This document shows positions 1 to 8,637 of a DNA stretch of 64,000 bases, one piece after another. This DNA is from an uncultured candidatus Porisulfidus sp. (GTDB lineage: Bacteria > Pseudomonadota > Gammaproteobacteria > Poriferisulfidales > Poriferisulfidaceae), in the NCBI GenBank assembly GCA_965204575.1, contig OZ241993.1, positions 896,001 through 960,000 on the forward strand, given 5' to 3'. The notes under the pieces were generated by a model, which made no database searches, was not told the DNA's origin, and saw only the letters and a list, made by a program, of their open reading frames with translations. A program made the position numbers and the translations under genes. How positions within the stretch are numbered: position 1 is the first letter of the stretch; the number at the start of each line of letters is the position of its first letter.

Positions 1-328
1 TGGTCTGATCCGCAAACTGCACGGTTTCGAACAGTGCCCGCGCATGGTCCAGGTGTCGCTCCGGTTCGTCGACGCCGATCTTCCTGAGGTCTTCAATCAG
101 GCCCGAATCGTCGAGTGCAAGCCAGTCGGCCAGCCTCTCGGTCAGACGCTGCTGGATTTCCGCCGCTGCCTTGCGGGTAAAAGTGATGGCTAGGATGGAG
201 TCGGGTTCGGCACCTGCCAGCAGCAGGCGCAGGATGCGCGCGACCAGCAGCCAGGTCTTGCCGGTTCCCGCCGACGCAAAGACGGCAACGCTTTTATTCG
301 GATCAGCGGAAGCTAGTGGATCGGCCAT
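1..328 (-). CDS. addA: AddA/UvrD-family ATP-dependent helicase-nuclease, N-terminal part (runs off window start)
   Basis: Read by hand from ATG at 328: MADPLASADPNKSVAVFASAGTGKTWLLVARILRLLLAGAEPDSILAITFTRKAAAEI. Contains Walker A ASAGTGKT and the ITFTRKAA motif Ia. Confidence 0.85.
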   Translation of the reverse strand, partial: MADPLASADPNKSVAVFASAGTGKTWLLVARILRLLLAGAEPDSILAITFTRKAAAEIQQRLTERLADWLALDDSGLIEDLRKIGVDEPERHLDHARALFETVQFADQT

Positions 329-359
329 GTGGACCGGGGAAGGTTTTGGAGAGGCTGGG

Positions 360-382
360 ATGGTGCGATGGTCGGACTTGAA
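360..382 (-). repeat. Degenerate copy of the tRNA-Leu 3' end (att-like site)
   Basis: atggtgc-gatggtcggacttgaa (360-382) vs atggtgccgatggccggactcgaa (15946-15969): one gap and two mismatches. Sequence turns AT-rich immediately after 382. Confidence 0.8.
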
Positions 383-487
383 TTTTTTTAATAAACAACT
401 ATTAGGCAAAGTATAATTTCCATTATTCGAAGCCAGCCAGTGTAAATCATAAAAGTTTATACCAGTAATTTCCGTTAGGAACAATGC

Positions 488-1837
488 ATGTACGACGTTT
501 TGATAATTGGTGCAGGAACCGCAGGCATTGCAGCAGCCAAACAATTGGAAAAATTGAATGCCAAATATTTGCTGATAGAAGAGGGAGATGGAGGTACGAC
601 GTGCGCAAAGACGGGATGTATGCCATCTAAAGGGCTAATTGAAATAGCAAAGAAAGTTAATAATACTCAGTCTTTAACTAAAGATAATTTGATCCAACAA
701 AATCAATTCAAAATTGATACTGCTTCTGTGCTGAAAAAAGTGCGTACACTTAGAGATCATTTTGTCAAGAGAGCAATTAAAGGGAGTGAAAAATTTCCTC
801 GCATCAAAGGGAATGCAAAATTTATTAATACTAATACTATTGAAGTCAATGGGGAAAAAATATCGGCAAACAATATAATTATTGCAAACGGCTCAAGGCC
901 AAGAATACCGGATGTATTTGAAGAGGCGAAATCCAAGATATTAACTACCGACAATTTTTTTGAACAAGAAAAGCTACCAGATAGCATAGCTGTTGTCGGG
1001 CTGGGTATTATCGGGGTAGAGTTTGCTCAAGCTCTTGCAAGATTGGGAGTAAAAGTACAAGTATATGAAGAATATAAAACAATAGCAGGAATACAAGATG
1101 AAAAAGTTTTTCATCATGCACTTTCTATTCAACAGCAGTACTACTCGATTCATTTCAATACCAAGATTGCAAAAGTAACTGAGCAAGCAGGGAAGTTCCT
1201 GATTGAGTGGGAAAATGGTCGATCAGAAGTTGACCAAGTATTATTGTGTGCTGGAAGAGAATCCAATATTGATCAATTGAACTTGGGAAAACTAGGGTTA
1301 GATACTGCGGACACAGCAAACACGTTATATGACCCCTGCACGTTGCAGATAAATGATTTTCCAATTTATGTGGCTGGTGATGTTAGTTCCCAAAAAATGG
1401 TGGTGCATGAAGCCGCAGAAGAAGCAAGAGTTGCGGTACACAATGCGATGCATACTAAAAAGAAAAAACTTGCAAAGCCTGCTTTAAATATAGTTTTTAC
1501 CGACCCACCCATAGCAAGAGTAGGCCAGTCATTAAATGAACTCGACCAGGAAAAGTGTGTTATTGGTGAATTCGATTTTTCTCTGCAGGGGCGTGCAACT
1601 TTAAAAGGGGAAAATCATGGCGTTGTACGGGTTTATGTGAATTCAAGAAACGATCATATTCTCGGTGCAGAAATGATAGCCCCAGGTGCGGAAAATTTTG
1701 CACATTTGTTAATGATGGCCATTCAAAATGAAATTCCATTACACAAGCTATTACAACTACCTATCTATCATCCGGTTTTGGAAGAAGGATTACGCCAAGC
1801 ATTAGTTAATGCAAAAAGCAAATCAGCAGTTACATAA
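488..1837 (+). CDS. Flavoprotein disulfide reductase (dihydrolipoyl dehydrogenase-like family)
   Basis: GAGTAG FAD motif, redox disulfide CAKTGCMPSK, GLGIIG nucleotide motif, C-terminal HPVLEE His-Glu dyad. Confidence 0.85.
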   Translation: MYDVLIIGAGTAGIAAAKQLEKLNAKYLLIEEGDGGTTCAKTGCMPSKGLIEIAKKVNNTQSLTKDNLIQQNQFKIDTASVLKKVRTLRDHFVKRAIKGSEKFPRIKGNAKFINTNTIEVNGEKISANNIIIANGSRPRIPDVFEEAKSKILTTDNFFEQEKLPDSIAVVGLGIIGVEFAQALARLGVKVQVYEEYKTIAGIQDEKVFHHALSIQQQYYSIHFNTKIAKVTEQAGKFLIEWENGRSEVDQVLLCAGRESNIDQLNLGKLGLDTADTANTLYDPCTLQINDFPIYVAGDVSSQKMVVHEAAEEARVAVHNAMHTKKKKLAKPALNIVFTDPPIARVGQSLNELDQEKCVIGEFDFSLQGRATLKGENHGVVRVYVNSRNDHILGAEMIAPGAENFAHLLMMAIQNEIPLHKLLQLPIYHPVLEEGLRQALVNAKSKSAVT

Positions 1838-1846
1838 GCTTTCCCG

Positions 1847-2056
1847 TTGCGCGTGAGGCACCTGGAACACCCACTGCGACGCAACCGCTCCAGTCACAGC
1901 ACGGCTCCACCGCAGGCCCGCCGGCAATGGGCCAAATGGGAGGCCGCCTACAACCGTATCCGGCCTCACGAAAGCCTCGACCTGATGACCCCGCTAGAAT
2001 GCGTCAGGGTGCATTCGCCAAGCGAGGCTTGTTCCGATATGCAGCGAACCTGCACA
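1847..2056 (+). mobile_element. IS remnant (IS481/IS3-type integrase C-terminus and probable right end)
   Basis: GC-rich patch encoding WEAAYNRIRPHESLDLMTP (YN..RPH.SL...TP motif). Ends in ...gaacctgcaca; an ACA terminus is typical of IS481. Confidence 0.65.
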
Positions 2057-2090
2057 GGGACTATCTTTTGAAATTTAAAAGCATAGAATA

Positions 2091-2125
2091 CCTTTAGATT
2101 CTTAATATACTTAAGAATCTAGAGG
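2091..2125. promoter_or_regulatory. 35-bp inverted repeat upstream of etnE (candidate operator)
   Basis: CCTTTAGATTCTTAA-tatac-TTAAGAATCTAGAGG, 14/15 arm match, ending 24 nt before ATG 2150. RBS gagagagga follows. Confidence 0.6.
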
Positions 2126-2149
2126 TCGACACAAGAGAGAGGAATCATT

Positions 2150-3262
2150 ATGAAAATTAGAGATCGAGAGGTACTAATACCTACCAGTATTGTAGGTAAT
2201 TATCCTAACCCACGTTGGTGGGACACGTTGTGGGCAACCAATTTTTCGGGAGACCAGGCACCACCGGATGCGAAAGAGCGAGAAGCATTGGAAGACGCAA
2301 TAGCCACTATGGCGCACGATCAAGAAATGGCAGGGCTGGATATTATTTCGGATGGCCGGGTGCAAGGCGATAATTATGTTGATCAAATCGTGTACTACTA
2401 CCTTAAGCGTCTTGGCTACAGCATGCATGGGGAATACCTGGCTACACCACTTTATAGTGACTTACACTCCGCGACCTGCCATCAAGAAATCAAACGCTAC
2501 GGCCCCATCATGATTCAACAGGCCAGGGCATTGAAACGGGCTACTGACAAACCGATTAAAGTGCAATACACGGGGGTTCAGGCTTTGGCTCAATGTACCA
2601 ATGATTATTACTACAAGTCCAGTTATGATCGAGCGATGGCAATTGCCACAGCACTGAACGAAGAACTCCTTGAATTAGACGAGATGGGTGTAGACTTCAT
2701 TCAATTGGACGAGTTTACATGGCCTTACCTTTTTGAAGATTGGGCGATAGAGGCCTACAACCGATGTGTGGAAGGTGTCAAAAACTCCAAGATTGTCACA
2801 CATGTCTGCTGGGGAAACTACAAAGGTACTTACGGGTATTACATGGAAGAAGGAGCAGAGGATTTTGATATCACCAAGCGAGCAGGCGAAAATCCAACGA
2901 ATCGAGCTGAATCCATCATACCGAAATGTTATGAGGCGAACCTGGATGTCATTAACATAGAAAACTGTGGCAGATGTGAGGGCGAACTGGATATTCTGGA
3001 AACACATCCGCTGCCGGATAACTTGTACTTTTGGGCAGGGGTCATCGATATCAAGAGCACGATTGTTGAAACCGCTGACCAGGTGGCTGATCGTATCCGG
3101 GGCCTGCTCAAGTATGTTCCTGCCGACCGCCTTGGGGTTACAACCGATTGTGGTCTTATTCACTTTTGGCGCTACATCGCCTATGAAAAAATGCGTGCTC
3201 TTGTTGAAGGAACAAAAATCGTGCGTGAAGAATTGCAAAAGGAATTAAAGAAAGCCGCATGA
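2150..3262 (+). CDS. etnE: Epoxyalkane:coenzyme M transferase (2-hydroxyalkyl-CoM lyase, EtnE/XecA; MetE C-terminal Zn-thiol alkyltransferase fold)
   Basis: Segments IPTSIVGNYPNPRWWD, GLDIISDGRVQGDNY, KVQYTGVQAL, DEFTWPY, HVCWGN (Zn His/Cys) and GVTTDCGL closely match XecA/EtnE as I recall them. Adjacent CoM biosynthesis genes support the call. Confidence 0.9.
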   Translation: MKIRDREVLIPTSIVGNYPNPRWWDTLWATNFSGDQAPPDAKEREALEDAIATMAHDQEMAGLDIISDGRVQGDNYVDQIVYYYLKRLGYSMHGEYLATPLYSDLHSATCHQEIKRYGPIMIQQARALKRATDKPIKVQYTGVQALAQCTNDYYYKSSYDRAMAIATALNEELLELDEMGVDFIQLDEFTWPYLFEDWAIEAYNRCVEGVKNSKIVTHVCWGNYKGTYGYYMEEGAEDFDITKRAGENPTNRAESIIPKCYEANLDVINIENCGRCEGELDILETHPLPDNLYFWAGVIDIKSTIVETADQVADRIRGLLKYVPADRLGVTTDCGLIHFWRYIAYEKMRALVEGTKIVREELQKELKKAA

Positions 3263-3302
3263 TGCACTGATCGAAAATAAAGTTAATGGAGATTCTGTAT
3301 CC

Positions 3303-3512
3303 ATGCCAGTTCTAACCTTATGGTGCTCGGATTGTGAACGGGAGTTCAAAGGCATGGTTATGACTGGTGCGAAAGTTCCTGACGTGTGGGTTTGCGCGGT
3401 CTGTAAAAGTGATCGCGCAAGCCCAATACACGAAGATCATCATTCACATCCCTGGGCGAAAGATCCATGCGATCATGATTCTCATCAGACCTGCCCTTGC
3501 TGCGTAGTGTAA
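3303..3512 (+). CDS. Small Cys/His-rich zinc-ribbon protein (FmdB-like)
   Basis: CSDC...CAVC pairs, HEDHHSH tract, CPCC tail, RBS ggaga upstream. Confidence 0.7.
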   Translation: MPVLTLWCSDCEREFKGMVMTGAKVPDVWVCAVCKSDRASPIHEDHHSHPWAKDPCDHDSHQTCPCCVV

Positions 3513-3516
3513 TTGT

Positions 3517-4461
3517 GTGTTGACTCGCCACTCGACCGCAGAGAACAAATTTACCAGCATTGAAGCACTAGCTTCACAAGTTGAATCCGGAGATTGTGTA
3601 GCAGTCGGAGGTGGCTTGTCATCACGTGAGCCGATGGCTCTGATCCGTTCAATCATCCGCAATCGTGTTAACGGTTTGACAGTGGTCGGTTCTGCACACG
3701 GAATTGACATCGATTTGCTGTGTGGTGCAAATGCGGTTTCTGCGTCTCAAGAAAGTTATGTAGGGTTTGAACAAGATTTTGGCATGGCGCAAAACTATCG
3801 ACGAGGATGCGAAAGTGGTGAAATTGAAATTCAGGACAATTGCTGCTATACGCTTGTTCAACAACTTCGTGCCTCGATACAAGGCTTACCATTTATGCCC
3901 ATTCAATCAGTAAGAGGTACCGATTTTGAAAAAACTCATCCAAGTTATAAAACGATACAGAATCCTTATTCGGGAGAGGACATATTAGTTGTTCCACCTC
4001 TTACACCGGATGTGGCAATTATTCATGCCCAATATGCCGACTTGCATGGCAATTTGAGGATTGAAGGTCCTCCAGTCGTTGACTTGCTGTTTGCGCAGGC
4101 ATCAAGAACAGTACTGGCAACAGTGGAAAAGATCGTGACAAATGAAGAATTGAAGCGCCTCGGTGGTGCAAATATTCCGTACTTTTATGTGTCATACGTT
4201 GCTGAAGCACCCATGGGCGCTCATCCGACCGCTTGCTATCCATTTTATGCCTATGATCGTGAACATACCGAGTTATACATGTCTGCTGCGAAAGAAGGTT
4301 CAACAGCGTTCAAAAAAAAATATTTGAAAGATTTCGTATATGAATGTGAAAGTCATGAAGAATACCTGCATCGCATTGGCGGAGAAGATACACGTGTAAG
4401 ACTATCTAGCTGGAAGGAGTCAACTGATGCCTGGATGGAGTTATACAAGGAAAGTGCATAA
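3517..4461 (+). CDS. Family I CoA-transferase-like subunit A (GctA/PcaI type)
   Basis: VESGDCVAVGG, PMALIRSIIR, GLPFMP, PDVAIIHAQYADLHGN, APMGAHPTAC motifs. Start codon uncertain. Confidence 0.85.
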   Translation: MLTRHSTAENKFTSIEALASQVESGDCVAVGGGLSSREPMALIRSIIRNRVNGLTVVGSAHGIDIDLLCGANAVSASQESYVGFEQDFGMAQNYRRGCESGEIEIQDNCCYTLVQQLRASIQGLPFMPIQSVRGTDFEKTHPSYKTIQNPYSGEDILVVPPLTPDVAIIHAQYADLHGNLRIEGPPVVDLLFAQASRTVLATVEKIVTNEELKRLGGANIPYFYVSYVAEAPMGAHPTACYPFYAYDREHTELYMSAAKEGSTAFKKKYLKDFVYECESHEEYLHRIGGEDTRVRLSSWKESTDAWMELYKESA

Positions 4462-4463
4462 AT

Positions 4464-5300
4464 ATGGGCAAGAATTGCACGCTGGGCGAGCTACTTATCG
4501 ATCAACTGGCGCGAACTGTTGAAGATGACACATTAGTGTTCCATGGATTTGGATCACCATTAGTTCAGATTGCATTGCATGTTGCCAAAAGGGTATACAC
4601 CCCTAATTTGGTGCTGGTAGCTGGTGCTACCTATGGAGTCAATCCAGATCCTCCTTTCATAGCTCCCACGACTAACGACTGGGTACATGACCGAAACTCT
4701 GAATGCCACCTAAGCATTGGTGAGTTATTCGATTTGTCTGCAAGTGGGCGCTTGGGGAGAATGTTTTTATCAGGCCTGCAAATCGATCGTTGGGGCAATA
4801 CCAATGTAACTCAGCTGGGTCGTAAAACCTTAAAGCTGAAACTGCCGGGGGGTGGCGGCGCTTGTAACCTGTCATGTAATGCAAAAAATATAACATTGTG
4901 GACTGCAGCACATCGCTCAGAGCCGGTAAAAGGAAAGCGCCGCTATCGGATCGTCTCGCAGTGTGACTATGTCACCGGTTTTGGTCATAAGAACGCTGAT
5001 GGGATTACTCGCAGGCAACTTGGGTACTTGGGTAACGGTCCACAGTGTCTCGTTACGGATTTAGGCGTTTTTGATTTCGACCAGGACGGGCATTTGCAAT
5101 TAAATGCTCTCTATCCGCACACCACTGTAGACGATGTTCTGGAAAATACTGAATTTGAACCAAGAATGAAGAAAGAGGTTAAAACAGTTTCGCTTCCTTC
5201 TTTAGAAGTGCTTTCGATCATCCGAAAACTTGATCCACTTCATATTCATGAAAAGGAATTATTACCCGGGGACCGCTCATTGACATTGGAAGAGCCTTAA
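4464..5300 (+). CDS. Family I CoA-transferase-like subunit B (GctB/PcaJ type)
   Basis: FLSGLQIDRWGNTN, LPGGGGA and VTDLGVFDF motifs. The canonical ESG catalytic Glu appears to be replaced (VAGATYG). Confidence 0.85.
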   Translation: MGKNCTLGELLIDQLARTVEDDTLVFHGFGSPLVQIALHVAKRVYTPNLVLVAGATYGVNPDPPFIAPTTNDWVHDRNSECHLSIGELFDLSASGRLGRMFLSGLQIDRWGNTNVTQLGRKTLKLKLPGGGGACNLSCNAKNITLWTAAHRSEPVKGKRRYRIVSQCDYVTGFGHKNADGITRRQLGYLGNGPQCLVTDLGVFDFDQDGHLQLNALYPHTTVDDVLENTEFEPRMKKEVKTVSLPSLEVLSIIRKLDPLHIHEKELLPGDRSLTLEEP

Positions 5301-5301
5301 A

Positions 5302-6246
5302 ATGCAGCAATCTGTTGAACAATCCCAAACGAGCATGAAACAAGTAGATTTCTCGGCTAGGTATCGAGACAAAAACAATATTGTTCCAATTCCTTATCGC
5401 AAAACCAGTGTTCAGCAATACGCTGGAGAGATGTCCGAGAAAGCGGTGCAGTCATACTTGTTGGGGAAAGAAGCGTATCGGCGTACAGAATTTATTGTGC
5501 TCAAAGGGGACAACCAGAAAAATGCAGTCGTTGCCATTCAAAAGTCTGATGATCAATCGTTATTTTCAGATATAACTCATGTTGAAATTCTAGGCCTTCC
5601 GGAAAACTGCATTTATGTTCAAGACAGCAGTGTTGACTGCGCGAATCGATCTGCCTTGGCTGAAGCTGCTTTTCGCAATCAAGTAAAAAAAAATGGGACA
5701 TGCATTGTTGAAGGCAAGTATGACCATATCAACTTCATATGTCGTCCTGACCCGCTTGTGCTTCAGGTACTGGAAGTCGAACCACCTTCTCCACCAAAAT
5801 TGTATGACATGGTAGTACAGGCATTAAGTTATGCTGATTTGCCTCCCATTCTTGTTGAGCTCAAAGCAATTGATGTAAGAGAGATATGTAACAGTGTAGA
5901 TCCTGAATGTTACTTGTTGCCTTGTAGATCAGGTGGGATGGATCAACTACAAAAGCCTGTATATTTCTTGGACGAGCGTCCCAAGCAACGCAAAAACTGG
6001 GTTTTAATAGGATGTGAAAGAAGTCTTCAATTTCATCGACACTATTATGGAGATGAGCCACCCCAGGTTGAGATGTGTCCACGCAAGCTTCGACAAGAAT
6101 CTGAAGTGCCTACACTATTGAAGTGTTGTCTACTTGAATTCGAGGTTGAAAGAGATGGGGACCTGATGGTTGTTCCCTGGGGTGCTGATCTCACTATGGT
6201 AGAACAAGCTTTACGGGAAATTTCGAGTGAGGTTGAGTATGTCTAA
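5302..6246 (+). CDS. Cys-rich protein, probable XcbA of bacterial CoM biosynthesis
   Basis: Lies directly upstream of and overlaps comA. Cys motifs LLPCRSGG, IGCERS, MCPR, KCCLLE. Assignment rests mostly on position. Confidence 0.6.
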   Translation: MQQSVEQSQTSMKQVDFSARYRDKNNIVPIPYRKTSVQQYAGEMSEKAVQSYLLGKEAYRRTEFIVLKGDNQKNAVVAIQKSDDQSLFSDITHVEILGLPENCIYVQDSSVDCANRSALAEAAFRNQVKKNGTCIVEGKYDHINFICRPDPLVLQVLEVEPPSPPKLYDMVVQALSYADLPPILVELKAIDVREICNSVDPECYLLPCRSGGMDQLQKPVYFLDERPKQRKNWVLIGCERSLQFHRHYYGDEPPQVEMCPRKLRQESEVPTLLKCCLLEFEVERDGDLMVVPWGADLTMVEQALREISSEVEYV

Positions 6247-7123
6247 GTCTGCTTGGGATGGGATTCAAGTCATAAGTGAATTCATGAAAGAGCGTGTAGA
6301 GCGGCAAAAAAACGTTGGTATGACGATGGTTATCGATACGTGTATGGGGCCGCAGATGTTGCAGGATATGCTTCTAGTTTCGAATGAGTATATTGATCAC
6401 TGGAAGTTTAGTTATGGAGTATCTGCCGTGATGCCTGCAAACATACTCCGTCAAATGCTCGATACATTAAATCAATACAACATCAATACATTTCCTGGAG
6501 GTACGCTGCTAGAGGCTGCGATCATTCAGAAAAATTGTCAATCGTACATGCTGCGTGCCAAAGAGATTGGATTCCGTTCAGTCGAAATTTCAGATGGAAC
6601 GATCACACTGCCCATTAAGCGCAGGCGTAACGCAATCTTGTGTGCGCTAGACAATGGATTGATTCCAATTACAGAGGTAGGTAAAAAGGACCCCACAAAG
6701 CAACCAAGCCCTGAAGAACTCGCAGACCTGATTCTGCAAGATTTATATTTTGGTGCTGAGTATGTAATCTTGGATGCAAGAGAATCCGGGCGCGAAATCG
6801 GCATATTTGACCAAAATGGAGACTTGAAGCTCGAATTATTTGATAAAATCTTATCGTTAGTTGGGCAAAAAAAAGAAAAGGTCATTTGGGAAGCCCCCCT
6901 AAGAAAACAACAGGCCGCCCTGATCAAACAAATTGGTCCAAATGTAAACCTTGGGAATATAAGCCCCATGGACGTCTTGTCGCTAGAGTCATTACGCTTG
7001 GGACTTCAATATGAATCCTTAAGAGAAGTTGCCGACGAGTCTACCCAGCGTGGAATGTGGGACCCTGATTCAGTAGAAAACTCTGATACAACCGAGATAC
7101 CGCAAGAATCTGTAAAGAAATGA
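6239..7123 (+). CDS. comA: Phosphosulfolactate synthase (ComA/XcbB)
   Basis: GMTMVID, YIDHWKF, FPGGTLLE, VEISDGTI, TEVGKKD, DARESG, IWEAP, VNLGNI and ESLRLGL are ComA family motifs. Confidence 0.92.
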   Translation: MSKSAWDGIQVISEFMKERVERQKNVGMTMVIDTCMGPQMLQDMLLVSNEYIDHWKFSYGVSAVMPANILRQMLDTLNQYNINTFPGGTLLEAAIIQKNCQSYMLRAKEIGFRSVEISDGTITLPIKRRRNAILCALDNGLIPITEVGKKDPTKQPSPEELADLILQDLYFGAEYVILDARESGREIGIFDQNGDLKLELFDKILSLVGQKKEKVIWEAPLRKQQAALIKQIGPNVNLGNISPMDVLSLESLRLGLQYESLREVADESTQRGMWDPDSVENSDTTEIPQESVKK

Positions 7124-8637
7124 GTGACAGATTTTCAGACTCCGATGCTGTTTTGTGTACCAATGGCCGGTTATCACAGCCTCCCGAAGATATATTAGTT
7201 ACCAGTGCTTTTAAGAGTGAGCTTCAAGAACAGCTCTGCTTGTCAGAAGAAATGAATCGGGTGGATATTGCACATGTAATAGGATTAGTTGAGGCCAAGG
7301 TTATCAAGAAGAAAGTAGGCGCTGACCTGTTGAATGCATTGCAAAAATTACAGGAGAATCCAACGGATTTCCAACCTGACCCTAAATTCGGTGATTTATT
7401 TACAAATCGAGAAAATTGGTTAGAACAACACTCAAGCGCAGTAGGCTGGTTATGTGCAGGCAGAGCGCGTAGAGAAAGCACTACGGTCGCTTATCATTTA
7501 ACAATAAAAAAGATTTTGCTTGACCTTGCTGATGAAATAACAGCCTTGATGCGGGTAATGATGATACAGGTGTCGGCGCATAAGGCATCAGTTATGCCGG
7601 ATTACACGTATATGCAGCCGGGACAGCCAACGACATTCGGGCATTATTTACATTCATTTGTATTCATGCTGATGCGTGATCTTGCGCGCATTGAATCACT
7701 TTATGGAAGGGTCAATTGTTGTCCAGCAGGGTGCGGAGGCATAAACGGGTCAACTCTTCAGATTGACAGGGAAAAGCTGTCAAGCTTGTTAGGCTTTGCG
7801 AGGCCTGTCATGCATGCAAGAGATGCAATGTGGCAAGCTGATACTTCCATTGAGATCGCGTCAGTTTCAACTTCAATTTTAGTTACGCTGGACCGCTTTT
7901 GCGAAGATGTACTGTATTTCGTGACGGAAGAATTCAACTACATCGAGTTGCAAGATTCTTGTTCACGAGCAAGTAAGATTATGCCGCAGAAAAAAAATCC
8001 TTATGCTTTAGCGTATATTCGAGCGCTGGCAAATAAGGTTATTGGCATACAGAATATGGTGGTTGTGTCGCAGCGCACACCAACTGGACAGATTGATAAT
8101 CGCCTGTTCTTGTACGGAGAAATTCCATTCGTGCTTAAGAAAAGCATCGAAGGAATTGGCTTGTTAAAAAATGCGGTGGAGGGATTGCAGTTCAAAACTT
8201 CAAATGCAGTAAACAGAATAAGGGAAAGCTACGCGATGGCCGCGGAACTAGCTGAACAAATTTCAGTTGAAAATGATTTGGATTATAGAACCGCCCATAA
8301 GATTGTTGGAAAAATTGTCCGAAATTTTATACACCTTAAAAAACCTTTATTCGAGTTAACGGAACAAGAATTGAATGAAGCTGCAAGCGATGTAGTAGGT
8401 CGCCCAATTTCATGCTCCAGGCAGATCCTCGAGATGCTGAATTCTCCGCATGTTGCAATTGAGAAAAAGTCCGGGTTAGGAGGCACGTCTAGAGAAAGGA
8501 TCAAGGAGATGATCGAATACAGTAAACAAGAGATTAATTTTTATAAAAAATGGACAGACAATGAACGGGAAAAAATAAAACAAGCAGAAAATGCATTGTC
8601 ACAACACATGCATACCATTATCAGTCAAGCCCAATGA
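7120..8637 (+). CDS. Argininosuccinate-lyase-like phosphate-elimination enzyme of CoM biosynthesis (XcbC type)
   Basis: Aspartase/fumarase fold. DYTYMQPGQP replaces GYTHLQ, and ASKIMPQKKNP replaces SSIMPQK. ATGA-coupled to comA. Confidence 0.8.
   Translation: MSDRFSDSDAVLCTNGRLSQPPEDILVTSAFKSELQEQLCLSEEMNRVDIAHVIGLVEAKVIKKKVGADLLNALQKLQENPTDFQPDPKFGDLFTNRENWLEQHSSAVGWLCAGRARRESTTVAYHLTIKKILLDLADEITALMRVMMIQVSAHKASVMPDYTYMQPGQPTTFGHYLHSFVFMLMRDLARIESLYGRVNCCPAGCGGINGSTLQIDREKLSSLLGFARPVMHARDAMWQADTSIEIASVSTSILVTLDRFCEDVLYFVTEEFNYIELQDSCSRASKIMPQKKNPYALAYIRALANKVIGIQNMVVVSQRTPTGQIDNRLFLYGEIPFVLKKSIEGIGLLKNAVEGLQFKTSNAVNRIRESYAMAAELAEQISVENDLDYRTAHKIVGKIVRNFIHLKKPLFELTEQELNEAASDVVGRPISCSRQILEMLNSPHVAIEKKSGLGGTSRERIKEMIEYSKQEINFYKKWTDNEREKIKQAENALSQHMHTIISQAQ

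Noticed and set aside
488-1837. 2-ketopropyl-CoM oxidoreductase/carboxylase (xecC) or the pyruvate dehydrogenase E3 lpdA
   Set aside because: It is shorter than 2-KPCC and keeps the His-Glu dyad. No E1/E2 genes are nearby.
2150-3262. Cobalamin-independent methionine synthase (metE)
   Set aside because: Same fold, but the N-terminal GNYPNPRWWD and other segments match EaCoMT, and CoM biosynthesis genes are adjacent.
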